Below are positions 1-11,815 of a stretch of 40,001 bases of DNA, piece by piece. The notes below the pieces were generated by a model, which was not told the origin of the DNA, did no database searches, and saw only the letters and a list, made by a program, of their open reading frames with translations. The first letter of the stretch is position 1. Each line of letters starts with the position of its first letter. The position numbers and the translations under genes are program-made. The stretch comes from Octopus bimaculoides (taxonomy: Eukaryota): the NCBI RefSeq assembly GCF_001194135.2, contig NC_068985.1, positions 65,951,252 to 65,991,252 on the forward strand, in the 5' to 3' direction.

Positions 1-219
1 ATTCATTAGAATGGTCTATAATAGCTAGATCAATGCCATATGAGAGAGGAAGAAAGTATTGTTCGCTCTGTACGGTGGAACTATACCACATACTCTTCTC
101 TAAGGATAAATTGATTAATAAAGTAAAGAATAATGCTCTGAAATGTACGCATATCATAAGAAGTACATTTCGTTGGTATAAATGATCTTAAGATGTGATG
201 AAGTACAACATGATGTCTC

Positions 220-431
220 ATGTATGTTTGTGTATGTGCAATTATGCATATATGGATGAGTGCATATAAGTGTGTGTGTATATATATGAAAGATATGCAT
301 ATATATATATATATAGATATGTGTGTGTGTGTAAGTGGGTGTGTATATATATATATATGTGTGTATATGTGTATATGTATATGTACATGTATATATGTGT
401 ATGTATGTGTGTTGTATTTGTATGTATGTCT

Positions 432-475
<44 letters not shown>

Positions 476-565
476 ATGTATATGTGTATACATATATGTA
501 TATATATGTGTGTGTGTATGTATATATGGATAAGTATACGGGTAAAGTGTACGTATGCATATGTA
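220..565. repeat. Compound (TA)/(TG) microsatellite
   Basis: Direct inspection. Confidence 0.95.
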
Positions 566-789
566 TAAGGGTAAAGGAACGGGTAATATAGTATAGTAAA
601 GAGAAATAAACAAAATAATTAATTAATCTAGTGGAAATCCACAGGAGAGCAATAAAAATAGAAAATTAAGGAGTTATCTCCCCTATAATAACAAAGATGA
701 AATCTAACGAGATTCTAAGGATTTAATGATAGTTATGTATGTGTTTTTTCGTGTTTTGTTCGAATGGTAACCACTCCTGAAGAAACATA

Positions 790-860
790 GTTTCTATGGC
801 TGGATGCCCTTCCTAATGCTAACCATTTTACAGAGTGTACTGGGTGCTTTTACATAGCTC
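790..860 (-). mobile_element. RTE 3'-UTR fragment
   Basis: tttctatggctggatgcccttcctaatgctaacca...gggtgcttttaca matches 20137-20208 in the minus-strand RTE. Confidence 0.6.
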
Positions 861-929
861 TATGTAAATGTATTCTCTCTCTCTCTCTTTATACACACAC
901 ACGTGTTCACATTCAGGGAAAGAAGCTAT

Positions 930-1310
930 CCTGGTGGGATCAGCGAAGTGGGTGGTGGTTCCTCTTTGAAATGCTGTGGGGTAAAATTTTGCTTGTGTAT
1001 GCAAAGAGAGAAGGTTTCGTCCCTGATGTTTAAAATGTTATCTTTTGATTGGATGATATTTAGCTTTTCAGTAATAAGATATTTAGCTTTTCAGTGCCTC
1101 ATCTCCTGTATTTTCTGGCTTTAGCAACAATGTTCCATGTTATCTGGATAAGGATATCACATGTCTTTTATTTTTGTCCCTGAATAATGCCAGAATTTGT
1201 GTGTGTCTTTCCTTGAACATGTTATCCATCATTCTGATATATCTTTTTGCTACTCCATTGGGATCAATGGTTTTGATCTTGATTTTGAATATATACAACA
1301 CACGAACTCC
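930..1310 (-). mobile_element. Degenerate PLE GIY-YIG endonuclease fragment
   Basis: Frame-broken translation VLYIFKIK...KRYIRMMDNMFKERHTQILALFRDKNKRHVISLSR / ITWNIVAKARKY / EKLNIIQSKDNILNIRDETFSLCIHK. It parallels the domain at 10620-11038. Confidence 0.6.
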
Positions 1311-1905
1311 ACACATAAAAGATACATGCCTCTGTGATGGACTTCTTTAACACACAAACATTACACATACCCAGAATATAATGAAATATAATGCAAACAA
1401 ATTCCTCATCCAGCACAGTTTACTCTCAAAAATCAAACTCAAGGGAGCTAATCACTCAAAAGGTATCATCCAAGAGTAGCGCCCCTTGATTTCTTCACAC
1501 GTCTTTATTGTGAATTCCCCAAGAACTTCCATGTTTTCATCCAAAATGGAGATGAACACAATCCCTCCATGTGATTGGCTTGAAAAACTGGTAAGATATT
1601 AAGATATCTTTTTAACATGAAACAAATGGTAGCCCTAACACACACACACATATGCATGCTTGTACATATGTATTTATTTTCAGAATAAAGCTATATGTAT
1701 TTGTATATATCTATGTGTATTTATATGTATGTGTATATATATGTGTGTGTGTGTGTTTATATGTATGTGTGTATATATATATATATATCAAGACTAATCA
1801 TGTTTATCACCATTGATATCTTTATATGTATGAGTGCATATATAAGTGAGGTGAATAATGAGTAAAATTTACTGCATTTGTTACTTTTAGAAAAAGTTTA
1901 TTCTG

Positions 1906-2077
1906 TTGTGTCTGAGGAGAGTCATTTTCTTTTTGTGCCTTATAATTTAACACACTCACCAGTAGAATTTTCCCTTATTCCTTATTTTTATTTTCCTAAA
2001 ATTTTTGTTGCCTCTTGCAATCTTTTCAATAGTCTTGACTGTCCGTTACATTGCGTTCCTTTTTGTTTGTTTGTGTG

Positions 2078-2110
<33 letters not shown>

Positions 2111-2141
2111 CTATGCATGCATGCATGTATGTATGTATGTA

Positions 2142-2177
<36 letters not shown>

Positions 2178-3735
2178 CATATGTATATATGTATGTGTGT
2201 GCATCTGTATGTATGTATTCTGCATATTCATGTACTTGCATGTCTGTGTTTGTGTATTTCTTATGTATGTGTGTGTGTGTGTTTTGCAACTATGTACCAT
2301 GTTTGTATGTATGGACATACATAGGGGAGACATCTAGGAGCATTGTGGAATGACTAAATGAACATCTGAGACAATATGACGATAAAAAACAGTCCTTCAT
2401 ACTCTATCAACATGCCAAAGACCACCGTGGAGGCAACTTGGGTCAGCTTGATATCCGCATCTTATCCAAGCACCCAAAAGACCCAACATTCATATAAATA
2501 CGGGAGTACATCCTTATAAATGAAACTTCCCCAATACTAAATAGGAAATACACATAGTAGATATCATACCCCCATACCCACAGTTTACACAGGTAGAGTA
2601 GAATAGTTAGTGGGCTGTTATGTAGATAGATGTATGTATGTGTGTGGGGGTGTATGTATATATGTGTATATGCACATGTATGTAAGTATATGGATATGAA
2701 AATAAACAGATCAACGTACAGACGGATAAGTACATAGGTTATATGAACAGACATGCACATATATGCAAATGGAGACTGAAACACATGAGCATATATATAC
2801 ACACACACACACACACACTTTACTTCACACAAAGACACATATGGAGACACGTGTCGATACATATGGAAATGTACATCCATACATACAAACATGGTACNNN
2901 NNNNNNNNNNNNNNNNNNNNNNNNNNNNNNNNNNNNNNNNNNNNNNNNNNNNNNNNNNNNNNNNNNNNNNNNNNNNNNNNNNNNNNNNNNNNNNNNNNNN
3001 NNNNNNNNNNNNNNNNNNNNNNNNNNNNNNNNNNNNNNNNNNNNNNNNNNNNNNNNNNTGCATACATATACAAATACACGCACGCACACACACACACACA
3101 CACACACAAACATAAAAAATACACTAACACAGACATGCAAGCACATGAATATGCAGAATACATACATACAAAAGCACACACATACATACATATATACATA
3201 TGCATACACACACATATATACATACACACACAGGCATNNNNNNNNNNATATGGAAATGTACATCCATACATACAAACATGGTACATAGTTGCAAAACACA
3301 CACACACAAGGAGACAGAGGTGCATACATATACAAATACACGCACGCACACACACACACACACACACACAAACATAAAAAATACACTAACACAGACATGC
3401 AAGCACATGAATATGCAGAATACATACATACAAAAGCACACACATACATACATATATACATATGCATACACACACATATATACATACACACACAGGCATA
3501 CATACATACATGCATGCATGCATGCATAGGCACACACACACAGACCCACACACATGCACACAAACAAACAAAAAGGAACGCAGTGTAAATAATGGACAGT
3601 CAAGACTATTTCAAAGGTTGCAAGACGCAACAAAAATTTTAGGAAAATAAAGATAAGGAATAAGGGGAAATTCTACTGGTGAGTGTGTTAAATTATAAGG
3701 CACAAAAAGAAAATGACTCTCCTCAGACACAACAT
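1906..3735. repeat. Inverted duplication of ~410-470 bp, with gaps in the spacer
   Basis: 1906-2315 is a high-identity reverse complement of about 3262-3735, including non-microsatellite sequence (gtgtctgaggagagtcattttctttttgtgcc...). Confidence 0.85.
2318..2557 (+). mobile_element. 5'-truncated PLE GIY-YIG fragment
   Basis: Translates YIGETSRSIVE*LNEHLRQY...ILYQHAKDHRGG...IRILSKHPKDPTFI*IREYILINETSPILNRK, with the YIGET..R..EH motif and two in-frame stops. Confidence 0.7.
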
Positions 3736-4883
3736 AATATGCTTCAACACATGAACTCACATAAAGAATCTTGAAAACCAAATCCAAAAATGAAATAAGT
3801 AAAAGTTTATTTTTTACAAAAGTTCATCATCATCTAGCATTTTAAATCTGGGTATTGTCCTCATTAACAGGGGTGGCCAGATCTACCTCAATGCCATAGT
3901 AACTGAGGTAGGCAGGTGCGCCCACCCCAATGTTTGGGCTGGCTGGTGCCCATTCTCCTTTGCTATCATGAGGCTTTTTTGGAGCTGGATTTTCTTCAGG
4001 GAGCATGCCCTTGCTTACCCCCAGTCTCAGTTTCTAGACATGAGTAGTCCCAAGACCAAGGCCTCTACCACGATTTTTAAGAAATGTGGTGGAAAACTAG
4101 TTCAGGAAGGCAGGGATGCTACTCCCTGAGGAAGATAGGGACGCTACTCACTGAGTCCCCNNNNNNNNNNNNNNNNNNNNNNNNNNNNNNNNNNNNNNNN
4201 NNNNNNNNNNNNNNNNNNNNNNNNNNNNNNNNNNNNNNNNNNNNNNNNNNNNNNNNNNNNNNNNNNNNNNNNNNNNNNNNNNNNNNNNNNNNNNNNNNNN
4301 NNNNNNNNNNNNNNNNNNNNNNNNNNNNNNNNNNNNNNNNNNNNNNNNNNNNNNNNNNNNNNNNNNNNNNNNNNNNNNNNNNNNNNNNNNNNNNNNNNNN
4401 NNNNNNNNNNNNNNNNNNNNNNNNNNNNNNNNNNNNNNNNNNNNNNNNNNNNNNNNNNNNNNNNNNNNNNNNNNNNNNNNNNNNNNNNNNNNNNNNNNNN
4501 NNNNNNNNNNNNNNNNNNNNNNNNNNNNNNNNNNNNNNNNNNNNNNNNNNNNNNNNNNNNNNNNNNNNNNNNNNNNNNNNNNNNNNNNNNNNNNNNNNNN
4601 NNNNNNNNNNNNNNNNNNNNNNNNNNNNNNNNNNNNNNNNNNNNNNNNNNNNNNNNNNNNNNNNNNNNNNNNNNNNNNNNNNNNNNNNNNNNNNNNNNNN
4701 NNNNNNNNNNNNNNNNNNNNNNNNNNNNNNNNNNNNNNNNNNNNNNNNNNNNNNNNNNNNNNNNNNNNNNNNNNNNNNNNNNNNNNNNNNNNNNNNNNNN
4801 NNNNNNNNNNNNNNNNNNNNNNNNNNNNNNNNNNNNNNNNNNNNNNNNNNNNNNNNNNNNNNNNNNNNNNNNNNNNNNNNNNN

Positions 4884-4930
<47 letters not shown>
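4884..4930. repeat. (TG)n microsatellite
   Basis: Direct inspection. Confidence 0.95.
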
Positions 4931-4934
<4 letters not shown>

Positions 4935-5406
4935 ACAGATTATGTAACAGAAGCAGCTCTATAATGTAAATGTTATCAATACCACATACTTGAGATGTGG
5001 ATAAGTATGTAGTTTTATGTTTATGTATGTGGAAGTAGTGGTTTTAAGCTAAAGAGAAATCCTTTAAAGATGTACAGTGTTAAAAACACAATACACAACG
5101 AAATTGCTCCAGAAGTGACCAGTAGCAGATACAGTATCTACCTGTAGTTATGGCTTAAGAATGCTGCGTACTCATGAGATTTCCATCACAAAATTGAAAT
5201 CACTAGTCTAAAGTATATGCAGATAGTGTATAAACTATTTACTGGTTTGTATAATACATGCGATTATAATACATATTTCAATTATTATGATACACGTTAT
5301 ATATGAGGATAGTGATGCAGATAAACATGAGTAGTCTTTATATATATATATATATATTTGTTTTGCAAGATTTTTGATGTGAAATTGTGTGTTGAAACAG
5401 ATGTTG

Positions 5407-5639
5407 TTGTACTTGGGGATGGTCATATTGCCAGTTTAGCCAATAAAAACACACGCACTGTATATTTGGTGTTAATTTTCTTCAGCTTTATATTACGTTA
5501 TATTACATTAATCCTATTTCGGCCAGAGTTCTTTCGTCACGTATATAATGTAATATAAAGCTGAAGAAAATAAACACCAAATATACAGTGCGTGTGTTTT
5601 TATTGGCTAAACTGGCAATATGACCATCCCCAAGTACAA
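5407..5639. repeat. 90-bp near-perfect inverted repeat beside (TA)n
   Basis: 5407-5496 is the reverse complement of 5550-5639 with one mismatch, around a 53-nt spacer. (TA)n lies at about 5340-5357 and 5642-5665. Confidence 0.9.
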
Positions 5640-5641
5640 TG

Positions 5642-5673
<32 letters not shown>

Positions 5674-6230
5674 ATATCAACCTCGTACATCTACTCCTCT
5701 ATTTCTGCGCAGATCATAAACCCCTTATTAGTTCTTTTCATTATTCTATCTATTTCATTACCATGTAAACATAGTTTCGTCTTCCTTGCTGTTGTCTTAA
5801 GATAAACTTAGGTTCATGCATATTCGTTATTCGTCACCTATTCATTTATTCAAGTTTGTCACATCGTCACTTATTTCTCTAATTTTGTCATAGATTGGCT
5901 GACCGAAAATTCTAAGATTTTTCAATTCTATCTCACTATTATCAGCATTTGCTGTTTCATTAAATTATGTTACCCCAAATCCCAAAAGAATATTTTTCTC
6001 CCTCGTGTTCTATCCCTGACCAACCTAACTCTGGCCCCCTCTCTGTCTCTCTCCCTCTGTTTCGATTACCACTTGCTTCACCAACACTTACCCCTCATCC
6101 ACTGCTACCCCCACCCAATATAAACTAACGCACGCACTCGGATTCCCCTACTCGATTTTTATAACTCCCCTGAAAGAATACAAATCCAGAAGATGCTCTC
6201 GTCTAATTTTGCTATTTCACNNNNNNNNNN

Positions 6231-8518
6231 GTCTCCCATAAACACTTCTAAAAGCTTAACCCCATCCCCACCCCTACTTAGGGCTTATCTCCTATGTAAG
6301 ATAGTGATCATATAGTGCATAAAAATGATTGTGTAGTGTATGCAGGTTGAAGGCTATTGATTGTTTATTGTTTGTTTATGAATTCTGCCAAATGTGAACT
6401 TTCTTTTCAGGTACATGACACTGCTGTCCCCCATCCCAGAGTCTCATGGGCCCACACCTCCCACACCCTCAGGGTTGGCACACTCAAAGATAGGTCTGGT
6501 GAGATTGTTGAGATGCTTAAACGGAGACATGTAGATTTGTGCTGCCTGCAAGAAATAAGGTGGAGAGGTTCCGCTAGGTTCCTCACAGGCAAAAAACACA
6601 GGTACAAGATTTTCTGGGCAGGGAACACTGATAGGGTCGAGGGTGTGGGTATACTTCTTGCAAAGAAATAAGTTGATAAGGTAATTGAGATATTCAAAGT
6701 GTGCGATAGAATACTTAGGATTAGATTAGTGATACATCATGGGTTAGCAACCATTATTTCGGCCTATGCCCCTCAGCCAGGGCTGCCTGATGGACAGAAA
6801 GACCGATTTTACGACACCCTCTTGCAAACTACCTCGTTGAAGAATGACAGGGACCTTCTCTTTTGGACAATATGCAGGAGCTTCCATGGCGAACCTGGAG
6901 GCTATAGTTTTGGTTCCCGCAATGAGAGAACCAGGGTGCTGGAGTTCTGCGATGCAAATGATCTTATGGTTTGCAATACTAACTTCAGGAAACCTGCCAG
7001 TCACCTTGTCACCTACTGTACTGGCAGACACACGAGCCAAATTGACTACATCCTTGCCAGAAAAAGGGAAAGATGGCTGCTTATAAATGCCAAAACCTTC
7101 CCAGGCGAAGAATGTACCCCACAACATAGACTAGTAGTTAGTGACTTCAGGATCAGGGCTAAATGGATACCCAGAAGACGACCAGCATGGAGGAGAAGGG
7201 TCTGGAAACTTAAAGATCCTGTGAATGGACAGAGATTTAGAGACATATTACTTGAAGCCTTTGACGAAATAGAGAGGTATATAACATCACATGATGCGGA
7301 AGACAACTGGAGGTTTCTACAGGACAACCTGCTGAGGACCACAGACAAGATCTGTGGATGGTGCAAAGTCCCCTCTCGACCCAAAGAAACATGATGGGGC
7401 AACAATGTTGTTGACATGGCTATTAGACAAAAGAAACAAGCTTGGAAGGACTGGAAGAACGGTGGTAGCAGGGAATTGTATCAGACTGCCAGAAGGGAAG
7501 CTAAGTGACACGTTTATTTAGCCAGAGGGGAAGCAGATAAGAAAAAATTTGCCAATGTTCTGCACCATGAGGACCAAAGACTTGAGGTATTTCGTGTTGC
7601 AAGACAGTGTGTGAGAGAGAATAGTAGGAGACAAATGTGTCCGCATGGAGGATGGTTCACTTGCACTAAACGAGGTTGCAAACAGAGAGGTTTGGAGATG
7701 CCACTATGAAAGGTTGCTCAATAAAGAGAATGAATGGGAGAAAGAGAGTTTGCCGAATGTCGACCCAACAGAGGAACCAGCTATCCAAATTGACAGTACC
7801 TTTGTAGATAAAGCAATTAAGGGTATGAAGATAGGGAAAGCCCCTGGCCCATCAGGAATAACTACTAGTCACCAGGTGATACATGAAAGAGTCATACCCA
7901 ATGACTGGTGTAGCAGCACCATAGTCAACTGCTACAAAGGTAAAGGTGATGTTTTAGATAGAAATATCTACAGGGGTATCAAATTATTGGACCAGGTGAT
8001 GAAAGTTACAGAGAGGGTCATAGCTCAACTAATTAGGAAGAAAGTTAACCTAGATGAGATGCAGTTTGGTTTTCTGCCAGGCAGAAGCACCACTGATGCT
8101 ATATTTCTGGTAAGGCAACTGCAGGAGAAATATATAGCCAAAAATAAACCTCTGTACTTGGCTTTTATTGACTTAGAGAAAGCTTTTGACAGGGTCCCTC
8201 GATCCCTTATCTATTGGTTAATGAGGAAACTAGGGATAGATGAATGGTTAGTGAGAGCTGTGCAAGCCATGTACAGGGACGCTGTCAGTAAAGTGAGGGT
8301 TGGCAACGAGTACAGTGAAGAATTCCAGGTAGAGGTAGGGATCCACCAAAGTTCAGTCCTCAGCCCCCTCCTATTTATCGTAGTCCTCCAGGCAATAACA
8401 GAGGAATTCAAGACAGGATGACCCTGGGAGCTCCTCTATGCTGATGACGACCTTGCTCTAATTGCTAAGTCACTTTCAGAACTAGAGGAAAAGTTTCAGG
8501 TGTGGAAGCAAGGATTAA
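6231..8518 (+). mobile_element. RTE-clade LINE, 3'-truncated and decayed (APE endonuclease plus RT)
   Basis: APE motifs DLCCLQEIRW, SAYAPQ, SQIDYIL, QHRLVVSDF; RT motifs KAPGPSG, YRGIKLL, QFGF.PGRSTTDAIF, FIDLEKAFDRVP, GIHQSSVLSP, LYADD. Several stops and frameshifts. Confidence 0.92.
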
Positions 8519-9089
8519 GCTTGAAAATGGAGAAATTCAATGGATATAAATTAATTTATTAACTTATATTAATATTGACTACAATTATTTCACTTTGCAC
8601 CCAATTTAAATTACAAAACATAATACAATAATATAAGTTTGCATTTTGAGTACCCTTGGTAGAGATCTCCAGGTCAAATTTGACATTACAGAGTTTACAT
8701 TTCGATCAATTGAAACTAAGCAGACTTGTTTAATGTGTGTGTTTGTGTATAGACAAATAAATTTACATAGAGCATAAGAAATTCAGAATACTAAGGAGAG
8801 ACTGCATAGTTTTTTAACTAAATTATCAACCAATGACAACATTTTCAAACTTAATGAAGACTACTATAACTTGGCAGTTAGGAAAGCAGGATATAAGGAT
8901 AAAATTAAGTTTAATAAGTCAAATAACGAATCTGATTTAAATAGTAATTTTAATAATGCAGATCTAAAATCTAGTACTATAAACAAATCTACTTATAAGA
9001 AATGTAATAATGGGGATTTAAAATTAAATACAGAAGCTGATAAAACAACAAGAGTATGTGATTTTAATAGAGAAAATAAACAAATACTT

Positions 9090-9468
9090 AGGAGTGGCTG
9101 TGTGGTAAGTAGCTTGCTTATGAACCACATGGTTCTGGGTTCAGTCCCACTGCATGGCTCCTTGGGTAAGTGTCTTCTACTATAGCCTCGGGCCGACCAA
9201 AGCCTTGTGAGTGGATTTGGTAGACGGAAACTGAAAGAAGCTCGTCGTATATATGTACATATATATGTATGTAAGTGTGTGTGTGTTTGTTCCCCCAACA
9301 TCTCTTGACAACCGATGTTGGTGTGTTTATGTCCCCGTAATTTAGCAGTTCGGCAAAAGAGACCGATAGAATAAGTACTAGGCTTACAAAGAATAAGTCC
9401 TGGGGTCGATTTGCTCAACTAAAGGTGGTGCTCCAGCATGGCCACAGTCAAATGAGTAAAAGAGTAAA
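9090..9468 (+). mobile_element. tRNA-derived SINE, family 1
   Basis: A-box-like tggctgtgtgg, B-box gttcagtcc, CORE-like ccttgggtaagtgtctt, an internal microsatellite and a gagtaaaa tail. Confidence 0.85.
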
Positions 9469-9942
9469 TGAACAATTATAATTCAAACAAAAGGAAAAAA
9501 TTAATAAGATTGTTGATAACCGGTTTAAAAATTCTCATACTGCTAACAGAAATGAGGATGTAGTATTCTTTAATAAAATCTCAAATTCTTTTAATATTAA
9601 ATGAACTAAAAGATTTCAAGATAAAAATAAAATAAATGCTAACTTTAAAATGAACTGAAATCAGAGAATACATACTCCTTCTAAAAATGGGTATAAACAT
9701 CAAGATTATGATCTTAACTTGAAAAATACTTTATGGTTTATCATTCTATTTGGTAAATTACAATTTTTCTAAATTGTTTAATACAGCAATTCAAAAATAT
9801 TCTCCAAGCAATCACAAATATTACAAAATTTTAAACAGACATAAGTTTAGATTAGCCTTTTGTCTCAGCAGAGACATTGCACAAATTATAGCAGCACATA
9901 AAGTTAAAATAACATCAATATTTCAAAGAAGCAATTATAATA

Positions 9943-10355
9943 GGCGTAACAGTGGCTGTGTGGTAAGTAGCTTGCTTACAAACCACATGGTTCCGGGTTC
10001 AGTCCCACTGTGTGGCACCTTGGGCAAGTGTCTTCTACTATAGCTTCAGGCCGACCAAAGCCTATGCTCTATGTGAGTGGATTTGGTGGACAGAAACTGA
10101 AAGAAGCCCATTGTATATATGCATATATATATATGTATGTGTGTGTATATGTTTGTGTGTCTGTGTTTGTCCCTACAACATCGCTTGGCAACTGATGCTG
10201 GTGTGTTTACGTCCCCGTAACTTAGCGGTTCGGCAAAACAGACCAATAGAATAAGTACTACATTTAAAAAGAATAAGTCCTGCAGTCGATTTTCTCAACT
10301 AAAGGTGGTGCTCCAGCATGGCCACAGACAAATGACTGAAACAAGTAAAAGAGTA
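9943..10355 (+). mobile_element. tRNA-derived SINE, family 1
   Basis: Close match to 9090-9468 over its full length. Confidence 0.85.
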
Positions 10356-11340
10356 ATAAACAGAAATAGCGTAGTAAATATTAATCTTAATAATGTCAAA
10401 CAGAATTAAAAAAAAAAACTCAAATGAAGGGAACACTAGGAATTTAAATGTTGTGGAAAGGGGAACAAACCAATTTAACATAGTTAATAACGTCAAATTG
10501 AATAGAAGTTCAGCTAGATAACATTATCTAAATGAGTAAGTAGTAATAAAGAACAAGGTGGAAATGAATTTAATTCTACAATGAATTATCAAATTAGAAT
10601 TAAATCTGAGAGAAATATAAAAGATTGTCTTTGCAATTGTTCTAAATTGGAATACTGTTATGTGGAAAACAAGTGTTAGACTAAAAATGTAAAGTTACAT
10701 CTGAGGGTAAGGAATTCTTTTACGTCAGTTGGACATCATTAATTTCCAAGAGGAGACTGGAAAATCATTTGAGTTCATTTAAAGACAAAAATAAAAGGTT
10801 CCAAATGAGTCTTAGCAAATTAATCTGGTCTTTTAAGGACAGTAACAAAGATTATGCTATTAAATGGGAATTAATTTGTATTGCAAAACCATACAGACCT
10901 GGAACCAATAGATGTGACTTATGTTTAGAAGAATTTTACCGGATATTCACATTCAAAGGTAATGTAATAAATTTTAGACAGGTACAAACGCTGAGATGCT
11001 TGCACATGAGGAAATTCACATTTGCCAAGTATAAATGAATAATTATCATTTAAACAGTAGAAGGTTTTGAAATAATGGACTAAAAAAACTTGAAATAGAG
11101 ATTGTTTGTGTCTAACTTAACAGACAGCTCTACATTATACAATGCAGAGTAGATAAAAGAAAATATTTAAATGGCCAAATCGAAGGATATCAAGTAAAGA
11201 CTGCAATTGCAATGGTTACTAAATGGTGCAATTGAAACGTGTTGGTCTATGTAAGGCAGTATATAAATTAAAGAATTAAAGATAATGCTATGCAATTTTG
11301 TAGTAATCCTTATTATAAAAATAGTGTTAATATATATACA

Positions 11341-11590
11341 TGTGGAGGTGCGTGGCTTAGTGGTTAGGGTGTCAGCATCAGGATTGTAAGAATGTGGTTT
11401 CGATTCCTGGAATGTGCGACGCGTTGTGTTCTTGAGCAAAACCCTTAATTTCACATTGCTCCAGTCCACTCAGCTGGCAAAAATGAGTAATGCTGTGATG
11501 GACTGGTGTCCCGTCCAGCTGGGGAACACATACACCATTGAAAACAGGAAACTAGGCCCATGAGCTTGGCTAAGCTTTAAAAGGGTGCAT
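11341..11590 (+). mobile_element. tRNA-derived SINE, family 2
   Basis: A box tggcttagtgg (11353), B-box-like ggtttcgattcc (11397), cttgagcaa, and a gatggactgg.gtcccgtccag block reminiscent of V/Meta-type central domains. Confidence 0.7.
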
Positions 11591-11616
11591 TTATTTTTTT
11601 ATTTTAATATATATAC

Positions 11617-11664
<48 letters not shown>

Positions 11665-11815
11665 NNNNNNNNNNNNNNNNNNNNNNNNNNNNNNNNNNNN
11701 NNNNNNNNNNNNNNNNNNNNNNNNNNNNNNNNNNNNNNNNNNNNNNNNNNNNNNNNNNNNNNNNNNNNNNNNNNNNNNNNNNNNNNNNNNNNNNNNNNNN
11801 NNNNNNNNTATATAT

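Larger units (their letters stand above)
8790..11040 (+). mobile_element. PLE 3' portion (RT thumb plus GIY-YIG), decayed and interrupted by two SINEs
   Basis: Motifs appear in order: KLSTNDNIF..YYNLAVRKAGYKDKIKF; NTLWF; KYSPSNHKYYKILNRHKFRLAF...IIAAH; CLCNC; CKV...FFYV...KRRLENHLSSF...LSKLIW...IKWELI..AKPY.PG..RCDLCLEE...RCLH. Confidence 0.75.

Noticed and set aside
2351-2353. In-frame TGA codons in PLE fragments as selenocysteine
   Set aside because: This TGA falls at an Arg position (CGA-to-TGA decay). The Cys positions in 10620-11038 are TGY.
3059-3497. Direct repeat of 3059-3237 at about 3320-3497, and of 2860-2897 at 3248
   Set aside because: The copies are near-identical and sit at gap edges, so redundant contig ends are the likely cause.
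81-3650. Many ORFs rich in YI/CV/HT dipeptides (also at 18120-18563 and 25571-26059)
   Set aside because: These are translations of (TA)/(TG)/(TATG) microsatellites and give no coding evidence.
3904-3925. TGAGGTAG let-7-like seed in a hairpin
   Set aside because: It lies on the 3' arm, the remainder does not match let-7, and the hairpin lacks pre-miRNA geometry.
8446-8455. YADDD in place of YADD in the RTE RT
   Set aside because: A 3-nt duplication in a dead copy that already has stops.
11214-11248. gaaacgtgtt after the PLE ORF as a hammerhead remnant
   Set aside because: No recognisable CUGANGA core.
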